Shown: in pieces, positions 45,709 to 64,000 of the stretch
Numbering within the stretch: position 1 is the stretch's first letter
Layout of the letters: each line of letters starts with the position of its first letter
Assembly: GCA_965202585.1 (NCBI GenBank)
Contig: OZ241828.1
Location: 40,982,001 to 41,046,000 of the forward strand
DNA length: 64,000 nt
DNA from: Thalia democratica
Lineage: Eukaryota
Reading direction: 5' to 3'
Notes under the pieces: model-generated
Told to the model about the DNA's origin: nothing
What the model saw: only the letters and a program-made list of their open reading frames with translations
Database searches by the model: none
Position numbers and translations under genes: made by a program

Positions 45709-47815
45709 TAGTGATCTACCGGATCCAAGATCCGGATCTGCCTAGAAACACCCATTTTTTGCCTGGATCTGGAACCGGCTGGATCCTAATTTTTTGGATC
45801 CTAGCTGAGATTTGGCCGGTTCCGGATCCAGTTAGTTTGAAATACTTTGTTTTCCGCGATCAGTTTTATTACTTATAATATTTTATTTTGTTAATATAAA
45901 ACATATATTTAAATTTTGATGTGTTTCAATTTGTTAAAAGTCTTAACATTTTTAGTATAACTATTTTATTCTTATTTGATTATATTTAATAATGTAAAAA
46001 CTCTACACGTACAGCTCATTTAATATTTGGTTACTGGAATTTTAAAAGGCAGCAATTAATCAAAAAAAATTTCTGCGCGACAATTTATTTAACATGAAAG
46101 CTGGTATGTTGTTCTTAGAGTCCACTTCAAAACCCTGTTTCATTCATACGCTTCAACTGATAATTAAAGATTCACTGGTTTTTGAAAATAACGTAAGTGT
46201 GTTGATTTGATAGCGAAGGCCCGTCAGACTGTTGGCCACTTTAATAGTTCTTCTACAGCGAGCGAGAAACAAAAAAAACCCAGGTCACTTTAGGTTCATC
46301 AGCGTCAAAGCAAAAAGCCTTGCTACTTGTGCAAGATTTTGAAACAAGGTGGAACTCAACCTACCTTTTATTCTGAAATACTAGAAAAATTAAAGACAAG
46401 TGTCCAGAACTACGTGGCTAACAACAAATTTAAACCCGAAAATTTTATATAATCTGATAAATGGAAACTTAGTACCCTCCTCAATGTGCTGCTCAAACCA
46501 TTTTACATAGTAACGGAGCAGTGTAGTAAAAACAGCGCATTGCTGTCAAGTGTAATCCTGCATGTAGCAATACTAAAAAATTGTTTTGCTCATAAAGCTT
46601 ATAGTCCTCCAGGTCAATGTAGTTCTTCAAACTTAGCAAAAAATATAAAAGATGCTTTTAAAAAGAAGGTTTTAAACTACAGCACACGAATAAACCTTCA
46701 TCATAACAACTTGTTTTTACTCACAACAGCTGTTGATCCACGGTCTCGACTTAACTTTTTCCATGCTAATCTAAAACAGAAGGTTGTAAGGCTACTGAAA
46801 TCAGAAGTAAAAAATCATAGTTGTTGTGAGACTGGTCAAAGTGGTCAAGTTCCTCTAGTACCGCCTAATAAACTTAAAGCTAAACTACCTAAAAATGATG
46901 TTCCCAAAAACTTTTTGTCGTTCTATTCTACATTTAAATATAAAACAAGTGCAAACACTCACGATAGTGAGCAACAGGATTCAGTTGATCAAGAGGTTGA
47001 GACAGAAATTAAATTTTTGTTCCTGAAAAAAAATATCTGCTGGAAAAGTTAAAGAAGCTGAAGTCTTGTTATGGTAAAACTCAAACAAGAAAAATACATA
47101 CATCTTGCCAGGTTTGCAAAAAGGTGTCTTTCGGCACTACCATCTTCTGTTTATTCTGAAAAGTTATTTTCAGAAGCTGGTAACTTGTACGAACAAAAGC
47201 GAAATCGATTGCTTCCAAAAACTGGCGAAAAACATTTATATCTTTATAGCAACTTGAACAAACAAGAGTAGGTATCTTTGTAGCTTAATGGCGTTGATAC
47301 GAGTAAGTGTTATTTGCTAGATAACTTAATTTTATATTTGTAAACATAAACAGTTGCTTAAGAATTTATTGTTCATCTTATAGTTCGAACTCACATAAAT
47401 AAAAGTATAATGTAAAGCTTAACATAATTAAAATAAATAAAGTTAGTCATTTTTTAAAGCATTGTTACATTTATTTTCTTTTTCTTTTACGTCATACAAG
47501 GTACAAAATTCAACTTTAGTCGTATAAGTAGCTTGAAATTTAACACTTAAACTGAGATTTCATATAAGTTAGTTTTTTTTCAACTCTCTTTTTCCTAGTG
47601 TTAAAATACAACATTTAGTCAATAACAGTTTGTTTTTTTCAACAACTACTACTAACTAATGGTATAATAATAATTAATTTTTATAAGTTTGTTCTTTATT
47701 GAAACTACATAAAACATATAGGATCCGGAACCGGATCCGGCCGGATATTAAATTAACAAATAAATGCGGATCCAGATCCGGCCAGATTCTAAATAGTGGA
47801 TCCGTTAGATCACTC
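45709..47815 (+). mobile_element. hAT DNA transposon, internally deleted and non-autonomous, both ends present (~2.1 kb)
   Basis: TIRs TAGTGATCTACCGGATCC and GGATCCGTTAGATCACTC; subterminal GGATCC/CCGGAT repeats. Transposase remnants CFIHTLQL, QDFETRWNSTY and the C-terminal dimerisation domain (LARFAKR..SALPSSVYSEKLFSEAG). Multiple frameshifts. Confidence 0.9.
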
Positions 47816-50300
47816 AGTGTTATCTATGTTAGCGACTCAGTAGCTGTTTTTTTCTATCGTATGAAACATTAGTTGACCTCCAAATTACTGATAAAGATTT
47901 TCCCACTATTGGTTCTCAACTGCCTCATCAGCATTCTAAAGTTATTGCAAATTTGAATGAAAAAAAAATCAAAGTGAGCTGAACTCACATGATGTAATTT
48001 GTAATTGCCCAACAAGCAGCAAAGTTCCAGAGGGGGCGTAAACGAAGGTTTACAGCAGAAATTTTCAGCGGAACATGTGCGACGACGTACTGTCGATAAA
48101 GAAGCCCATAGGAATTGGCCTCAAAATAACCCAAGAGATCATTGCCGGGTCGGAAAACAATAGAAGGAAGGAACCCGTAGGCTTCCAACAAAGTGGTTAT
48201 AACCCTTTCAAACTACCCTTTAAAAACTATGAAAACAACATGCGAGGATAGAGTTGTTGTCTTATCTTTATCTATTGTCTAAAGTTTGACCTAATACTTC
48301 ATCTTTGAACTAATGACTTGATTTGATTAGAAGTCTCAACGTAAAATCAAAGACATAGTGATTGGGTTGAATAAGATAGCTCATGAAGAATAAATCCTTA
48401 TTTAATTTTATTTATATTATTTATAAACATTAAACGATCTGTAAAATACTATAGGTAATAGATAATGGAATACTATAAAATGAGCTACATAACCCTACAG
48501 TTACAGTCTTTTGATGCTAACCATCTAATCATACACAAAATCTAAAAGTAAAAACATAAATTATTAAGACAAAAAATATAGTTATGAAAGTTATTTGTAT
48601 ATTCCTAAAACGTTTTACTTTTAAAGCAACACAACAAAGTTTGATTGAAGATTATAAAAATTATGTACAAAAATTTATAAAGAATACTAAGCTTTGAACT
48701 TTTTAAAGTTGAAATTAAACAACACTGTTAAAAACCAGGTGTTAACTGTGGTAAAGTATTTAAGTTGTTTCAAATAGTATATGTTATACTTTTTGCAGAG
48801 ATAAATTAATGTAATGCCGTTTATTTTGATAAAATCAACTTTTGATGTACTTTTTTTTATAACCTAATGTTTTTTTTGAATACTATATACAAGCTTATAC
48901 AATATTTAAGTAACACAACATTATGGTTTTATCAAAGAAATTAAAGTTTGCATTAGTTGTATGATTTTAATTTGTTTTATAGTTGATGCACTTTAGTCAA
49001 TTGGTTTGAGTCTTCAGAGAGATCTCAATTTTAAACCAATTTCAGCAGAAAGACCAACGAGCAGGCAGTTGTAAAGTTTAAAAAATATGTGATTTTATTT
49101 TTACTTAAAATTGTAACATATTTTTTAAACTTTACAAAAGGTGCATCCGACATAGCTAAAAGTTAGCTATGAAGCTTTCCATGTAAAGAGTTGCAGCTAA
49201 TGTTTATTAATAATACTGTTTACAATCTAATTTAAATTTAATTAATAAAAATTGGCTGCAACTCTTTGGAAACATAGTTTCCTTTTCTTTTTAATAAAAA
49301 AAACATTTCATTAAACTAACTATAGCGAACTAAAAAAACTTAAAAAATGTTAATAATTAAACGTCATTAAGCAAAATATACAGTAATTAATATCTTAAGA
49401 AGCTAAATAAATACTTTTTTAAACCATTTTAAAGGTAGTTGTCTCGTTTAGTTTACGATCAATAAAAAGTGGTATTTGAATTATAATTTTAGTTTCAAAA
49501 CATAAGTTAACACAGCAAAAAATTAAAAAAAAACTCTAGACAAAGATAACGAACTTTAAATTCATTCTCAAAAACAGCATTTCAATTTAACTTCAAAAAT
49601 AACAATTTTTTGCTTAAAAAAAAAAAAAGATTTAAAGAATAATGTTACAAAAAATAAGTATATATTTAGTTATATTAAAATAACAGATTATTTAAAAAAT
49701 GAAAATATCTTTTAAAAAAGAAAAAAAAAAAGAATAGTTAGTAAAATGATAGGTAGTAAACTCGGAAAAAAGTATTTTATATGATCAACCAAAGTTAAGT
49801 TGGTTCTGAAAGATAAAAATATTAGCATAAGTCAAACAAAATCACTAAAACAATAATTAAAATAAATAATTTTATGAATAGAATTAACTAATATTAATTC
49901 AAAACTAATAATTTTAACAAATTATATATACATGACTGAAACATTATACATTAGAGGTATTAGATATATACAGGATACGAAATATATGTTCTAAATTATC
50001 TAAAGAAAACAAATTAAAAGCGAATCCTAGACTTTTAAATTATGTTTAGTTTATATTTAGAAAAACAGCTAGCTAGAAGTATTTTGTTTTTAAAAATTAC
50101 ACCTTAAACAAAACTATTTTGGTACAGTCACATGTAAAAACTTTGTATTATTGACTAAAATGTATCATAGTGTAAAAAACTTACTAAAAAATTTATTTAA
50201 AAGTTTAAATAAGTATAGCGCTAAAATTTTGAACTACTAAAGAGAGTTAAATAAAAATAACAGTGATGTAAACTAACTTGGAGCATTTTACGATAAACAC

Positions 50301-51164
50301 TTATAATCGTTTTTTAACTCTTTTAATCTGTGTGTTCTCGCATATTCGATTGCTCTCTCTTAACTTTTTTCTGTTTGTTTTCAACTGAAAGCTTTTGCTG
50401 ACCTGGGTTTGTTTTACGTTTCGGTTGGTAGTAAATCTCTTTAACCCAACCTTGCATGCAATGTAATCTTTAAAGCTGTTTTTGTGGTTTTTTGAACAAG
50501 GTGTTTTACGGCCGACTACGAATAGTGGCTTTGAAGAAACTTCCTTTCGAACAACTGTGCTTGTCTGACTTCTTACACATCGGTAGCTTCTCAATCTTTT
50601 CAACGCAGCCTTGTAATCTTTGAAAACAGATTTTTTTAAATCATAATCTTTCTGACCGACTACAAATAGTGGCTTCGAAAAAACTTTTTGAACTTTGCGT
50701 TTGTTTTCACCACAACTGTAATGAGGTCCGCACACTTCAGCCATTTCTTTAACCTTTAGCATTCTTACTTGTTTTTCTTTTATACCAATCCAAGGATCAG
50801 AAACGTCAACTAGTGTGACCGAAACGTCATCATCAGCGTTTTGACTTTGAAAATTACTTTTGTTTTCTGCAGCATTTTCTTTGATTGTGGTTGTTTGAAC
50901 ACTGGACGGGAAAGATACTTTCCACTCATGTCGTCTTTGTAACTCATTTTTCAGGTCTTCCTCGTTTGCATGGTCGAGTGTAGGACTATCGAAATTGAAT
51001 CTTGTTAATTTCAAAACTAGCCTTTTACGTTTAGCTTGATCTTCATCTATATGAACTTTAGTTCTTTTGCTGCCTCTTTCACATATTCTAGGTGTTGCTT
51101 GTGTCTCATCTGCACGTTTTAGCATTTCACCCGAAAAAATCATAGAATTTTGAACAGAAAACAT
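50301..51164 (-). CDS. ORF-X copy 4 (287 aa)
   Basis: Open frame with the same start and stop as copies 2 and 3. Confidence 0.7.
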   Translation of the reverse strand: MFSVQNSMIFSGEMLKRADETQATPRICERGSKRTKVHIDEDQAKRKRLVLKLTRFNFDSPTLDHANEEDLKNELQRRHEWKVSFPSSVQTTTIKENAAENKSNFQSQNADDDVSVTLVDVSDPWIGIKEKQVRMLKVKEMAEVCGPHYSCGENKRKVQKVFSKPLFVVGQKDYDLKKSVFKDYKAALKRLRSYRCVRSQTSTVVRKEVSSKPLFVVGRKTPCSKNHKNSFKDYIACKVGLKRFTTNRNVKQTQVSKSFQLKTNRKKLRESNRICENTQIKRVKKRL

Positions 51165-53499
51165 GGTATCACTGTAATAGGTTGCAAAATTATACAAGTA
51201 TAAAATACAAGCTACTTTTGATTTTGTACTTTTAATTAAAAATGAATTTTTAACATAACTTTTTGACTGACGTCACAAATAAACTTACTAGATAGCTCCA
51301 AATGCATAGTTACAATATTGCTAAAATTAATACTTTTGTATGATAAACTTATGCATTTTTGCAAGTTATCGCGTTAAAACGTTTATTCCAAAATAACGGA
51401 GTATTTCAGATATTTTTCTTGACATAACAACTTCAACGTTTAATTGTTTCTTTATTCTATGTTCTTAAAGCATATTTTATACAGCATTGTATAGCTGAAT
51501 TATTCAGCTTGAAAACCTTGTTATTTTTTTGAGTCAAAGTTGATTGGGTTGGTGCTAGAACTAATAAAAAAAGTAGGATATTTTGGATCTTTCTTAGTTA
51601 ATTTCACATATCTCAAAGTTTACATACTAAATTTGATAAACATTTTATAAATATAGTTGAGGTTACAAACTCTACTGTATAACGTTCCAATAAATTAAAG
51701 AAACTTATGCTTTTTCGGAATGCTGTTAATTTTAACCTTTTCAATTTTTGTCTTTGATTAAGGTCTTTTTGCTGGTTTATAAAGTATAAAATTAATTAAG
51801 AAACACTAAACAAATAATACTTGTTCGTTAGACAAATACAACTAAAAAAATGTTTTTGAAAATAAATTGAATCTTTTTTTTGTATATATACTACCAAAAC
51901 AAATAATATCTATAATTTTTTTCAGTTTTTGTTTCATGTCTACTCAAAAAAGAATAGTTTTATTATCTAAAAAAAATTTAAATGGTTAATAAAATGCTCT
52001 TATTTGCTTAGTTTTTTTTAAATATATTTAAAGTAGAATATTTTTTGAACATGCTAAAAAACCCTAATTAAAGACAAAAACTAAAAATATAAGTTTGAGA
52101 TATGATTCATAAACATTTTTTATTTAGCAAACAAATAAAATCGACTTCAACTAACAGTTATCAATTACTTTTGTTAGCAACTAATTTTAAAATTAAGTTC
52201 TGAGTATGTAAACAGTTTCATCAGAAAATATTCAGTTAATACCAATTAACATAATTAAGAAAAATTAATTAGAGATAGATTAATAGTTTATAATTACATA
52301 ATGATAAATAAATTACTTAGTAATTTAACTAAGATAAGCAAATTTATAAATATAAAAGTAAAACAAACAATAAACATAATAAAATAAGCGACAAACAACA
52401 ATCATAACTATTTATAAAGATTAGATTTAAAAACGTACTTTTGCTTGCACAAATAGGTTTAAATGTTTTTATAATAATAATGTTAGAAAATAAAGATAAT
52501 AAAAATTTATATGTTTTTTTTTTGAGATACGTAGACAAAGTAAAAAAGAGCCAAAACGTCCCACTTTTTCTATGTGATCTAACAATGACCCAATGAATTG
52601 TTGTATATTAATATTTTTAAAACATTTTTATTAAAATGAAATATATTTACACAATTGCAACAAAATCAAAAAGCATAGTTTTATATAAAAAGTGTAACAC
52701 AAATAACAATAATGTGAAAAATATTCTGTTTACTGGAATACTCCTAGCTTAATATTTTAGGCTTGTTCTAGTAAATATCTTGTATGTTGTCGGCTTGAGC
52801 TCATCAATACAGTTCTTTTGTTGATGCAATCTATATTCTGATCTAAGTATTGTTAAAGATCCCATTAATCAGTTTGCAGGTTTCTCTTCCAAATCTGGGT
52901 CTTTTCTAGTTGTCTTTATATTTAACTAAACTTCATTAATAATTTTTTTTTAACTTTTTGTCCACCTATAGTTGTTTTTACAGCTTTTTTACTCATACAT
53001 TGAAGCTTAGTTATAAAACATGCTTATCAAAGGCGTTTAAATAGAAAATTATTCGTTGTAGCATTTTGTGTTTGTATTAATTTCATCTGGCTTACTACTT
53101 TCGTTTTACTCTCTATGGTTTCTGTTTAGTAAAGAAATAATGTACTAAAGTTTTGGTGGTCCAAATTTGGAATTATAAATATTTAAAGTGTGCTTACAAT
53201 AATAATATATGATTATTAAATTCCTAAACTTAAATCTTTGTTTGGTTTTTAAATCAGTTATTATTTTCTAGACCTAGATTTTATATCTTTTTTAATTTAT
53301 AACTGTGTAACATTTTTTTGTAACCTTCTTTTTTATACATATAATTATTTTTACGCTCAGCTATTAAAGTAGTTGTTTTTCTTAGAAAAAAATTTTAATA
53401 TTAATGTTGCTTTTTATTGCAAATTTTTTTTTTGATTACATTTTTAATAATAACAATTTTTTACTTATAAGCGACTAATAGAACTAGTGTGTTTTTAAA

Positions 53500-55725
53500 A
53501 ACTATTATAATGAGATATACATTGCAAATTTATAGTTTATTAGACGCCGTTTCGACTTTTCATCAGTCATTGTCAATTACAAAACTGTACAAAATAACTA
53601 AAAGTTAGTGTTAAACAACTAAATACATAAGAAAAATTAATTATTTAGATATATATGTAAACAGTTAAATATTAAAATTATATACTACAGTAAAACTAAA
53701 GGTTACATAAATATTTATACATGGTAAAAAAGTATATATACAACTAATCAAAAATTCTTAATGTGTGGGTAATACCGGTTTAATTAATTGTTTGTTTTAA
53801 ATTGGATTATAACGTTTAATTATAATTGCTTTGCTGATCAGAGTCTCAAGTTCATTTCTACATTCTTTTAAAATACCAAGACTGTTAACTGTTTTTCTTT
53901 CGTTTTTACAACTATTACAATTACTAATGTGGTCAGATACAGCTGTTTTACTTTTTAAATGTTCTTTGACTCTTTCTATTAGTGGTCTCGAAGTAAATCC
54001 AATATATTGAATGCTCTTATCCTTATAGCATTTTTATTCGTATAACACGTTAGATTTCAATTCGTGAGATGTCTTGTCTTTGTTGCTGAAGTAGTTACCT
54101 ATTTTGCTTGTGGTAAAAATAACTTTGAAGTCTGCAATGTTCTAGTTTAACAATTTTTCTTGTTTCTTTTTATATTCGCTACTTGGTTTTCCTATGTAAG
54201 GTACTTTTAGGATGTTTTTGAAGTTTGAAGTATTTTGTTTTTCATTAGTGCGCTCTTTATTGTTGTTGATATATCTTTCAATTACGTTATCAACGAATTT
54301 CATTTGGTAACCATTTTTATGAACTTTCCTTTTAAGTTTGTTATTTCTTGTTTGTAAATTGTATCAGTAGAAGCTATAGTTTCTGCTCTAAACAAAAACC
54401 ATAGTATTCAAGCCCTTTTTCATTTAATTGGTGTCATTGCACTAAAATTTAAAATAACGTCTGTATCAATTTCTTTTTTGCATACCTTCGTTATTACTTT
54501 TTCTGTCGTTATTTTAATTTTAATATCCAAAAATAGGAGTTCTTTTCCACTTTAAGTGAATTTTATTGATTTATGTAGGTTGTTTAATTTTTTGTGTAAG
54601 TTTTTAAATAAAACATCTTTTCGAAAGATACAGAATATGTCATCCACATATCAGAGGTATAGCACTGGATTGTTTTTATCTTCAGTGTTAAATAGTTGTT
54701 TTTCTAATGTTACCATAAAATAATTTGCCATAGTAGGAGCTAACGGGGTTCCCATACTTACACCATCTATTTGTGTGAATAATTTCTTAATATACTGAAA
54801 AAAGCCTCCAGTAAACATTGATCGTGTCTGATTTTTGTATGGTATTATCAGGTACTTCATCGGTAATCATCTATAATTGGTACATTTGTGAATAATAAAG
54901 CTACGCCTGAGCTAATACAGTAGTCACCATCTTTACGTTCGTATTAGGAGAGATTTTCTAAAAATTATATATTATTTTCTACCCAATATTGTTTTGGAAT
55001 ATGTGGTTTGATTATTTTATTCAAATATTTTGCAAAGTTGTATGACGTTGGATTTAACATTGATACAATAGGTCTCAATGGGTGTTGTTCTTTATGTACT
55101 TTACACGTTCCATACAATTTATCAGTCGAGTTACCACCCGTAATTAGACTGTTATATTTCTTTTTGACTAGATGAGGCTTGAGGTTTTGTTTTATCATTT
55201 CTCTTATGTGTTGGATTCTTCTTCTTGGGGGTGTCTGGAGTTTTTTCTATTGTCTTTTTCTACTAATTGAAACTTAGCCTTATCTTCAACAATAGTATAA
55301 AGTTTATTTAGATATTCATCTTTTGAGATCAAGCAAATACCGTTTTCTTTGTCATATTTATTAATCTTATATTTGTCTTATTTTTCAGATTAAAAAGAGT
55401 TTTGTGGAATTTTTTTTTTTCCTATTTTGACATATTTGCTTGCTTTTATTGAGAAACGTTCTTCTTAATCCATTATTTTCATACTTTAGGTTGTTGGAAG
55501 GTTATCTTTTCATTAAAGCATTTTTTAACTAACTGTTCAATTTCTATTTATATTTTATCAGCATCAATGTTTTTTGTTAGAAAATGATGTTATAATCTCC
55601 TGTAAAGACAACTTTTCCTCAATCGTTGAATTATACCTAGTTAAATTTAGTAAGCAGTTTTGGCTTCTCGGTCTTTGTCTAAACCACATCTTTTTTTCAA
55701 TAAATGTGTTTTTAAACAATTTTTA
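53500..55725 (-). mobile_element. PLE copy 3, uninterrupted by the Foldback element
   Basis: Same RT and GIY-YIG motifs; hammerhead-like motif at 53543-53566 downstream of the ORF. Confidence 0.88.
53543..53566 (-). ncRNA. Minimal hammerhead-ribozyme-like motif in the PLE 3' region (copies 7081-7104 and 28905-28928)
   Basis: Minus strand reads CTGATGA-AAAGTC-GAAAC-GGC-GTC, with core boxes in type I order; stems I and II pair poorly. Confidence 0.5.
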
Positions 55726-55808
55726 TATTATTGTTTGTTTTTGTTGTTATTATATATACTTATTTATTTAAACAATTTTTTTTGTGTAAAATCAATTAAA
55801 GTGTGTAA

Positions 55809-62815
<7,007 letters not shown>

Positions 62816-63942
62816 TTCATCAGGAAGAGTTAATTTTTAATACGTATTGAGTTTTTTATATAAAATGCCCTGTTTAAAATAAACATTTATAAAAGACGGA
62901 CAGTTAATTCAATATTTTACATGTGCAAAGATTTTACCTCAAACAATCAACATGCAAAATGATTAGTCTGTTAAGTTGTATTAGTATTTTTTGTAATATT
63001 AGCTCTATTATAATATAATAAAATCACATTATCATTTAGTCTTACTTTACATGTTAGTAGCTAATGTATGTAATTGATAAGTGCTAACTGTAAACATTTT
63101 TACAACTTCTATGAATTTAAGTAGTTATGGTTTTTTAGTTTTAATAACATAAGTTAATAATACGTTTTTTATAAAACGTAGTTCTTCGCTTTTATACTGA
63201 CTTAACTTTAAAATTAATTTCTAATTTAATGAAATTAGTTTAATTTTATTGAACAAAGTCACGATTATCAACGGAGAAAAGCTTCAAAATACATGTATTT
63301 TTATATATTGTATACGTAAAAGCTATTTGCCTTGGGATCTAAGTTTTTTGGTATATATATATTCTTGTATTCTGCCCTATCGCTAGTTGTCAATATTTAT
63401 GTAAGAACTAACAAACTACAAAGAGATTTTACCAAGTAAATTTTGTGTTTATTAAAGCATTCAAGTAAATTTGCTTTAATAAATTCAAACCCAAATGACT
63501 TAGGTTTTAAGGACTTAAGTTTTCTATGGGACCTAACAATGACCTAATAAATTGTTTTTATTGGGTCTTTTATTAATGCAATCTTTATTTTGATATAGTA
63601 TTGTAAAGATTCTCATTAATCAGTTTGCAGGTTTATCTACCAAATTTTGGGTCTATTGTAGTTGTCTTTATATTCAACTAAACTTCATTAATAATTTTTT
63701 TTTTAATTTTTGTTGTCCACCTATAATCTTTTATAGCTCTATTACTCATATATTAAAGCTCTGTTATAAAACATATTTATCAAAGGCATTTAAATAGAAA
63801 ATTAGTCGTTGTAGCATTTTTTATTTATTAATTTCATCTAGCTTACTACTTTCGTTTACTCTCTATGGTTGCTTTTTAGGAAAGAAATAATGTACAAAAG
63901 TTTTGATACTCAACATTGTGCATCAACAAACTTAAGGGGCTA

Positions 63943-64000
63943 TGTAGCATAGTTGAACTGTAGCTCATTTTATTATATATCAATGTTCATATTACACATA
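63943..64000 (+). mobile_element. Start of a third putative gypsy LTR (runs off the window)
   Basis: TGTAGCATAGTTGAACTGTAGC identical to 20231 and 37186. Confidence 0.6.

Overview
Very AT-rich metazoan DNA; a Hydra-like cnidarian origin is an inference from composition and TE content, not shown. There are no prokaryotic features. The whole window is an imperfect head-to-tail tandem array of one composite unit. The unit order is: Ty3/gypsy gag-protease remnant interrupted by an internally deleted hAT element; a conserved cluster of long hairpins; an orphan ~287-aa basic ORF on the minus strand (ORF-X) with a perfect CRE upstream; a decayed Penelope-like element (PLE) with a hammerhead-like motif; an 8-exon 3' portion of a cytosolic HSP70 gene on the plus strand. 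Units are approximately 354-21683, 21684-38638, 38639-45708 (truncated, no PLE or HSP70) and 45709->64000, and the tail of a fifth ORF-X copy lies at 1-353. All three HSP70 copies lack the first ~108 residues. Copy 1 has a stop and a frameshift, copy 2 has a ~1.9-kb deletion and E175K, and copy 3 is otherwise open to GPTIEEVD. ORF-X is open in 3 of 4 full copies, and its length differences are all in-frame. The most interesting unexplained signals are the hairpin cluster (compensatory indel, G-U-preserving changes), the frame-conserved orphan ORF, the N-truncated but intact HSP70, the PLE hammerhead motif, and the mosaic ancestry of the units. All analysis is by eye; coordinates of decayed elements are approximate.
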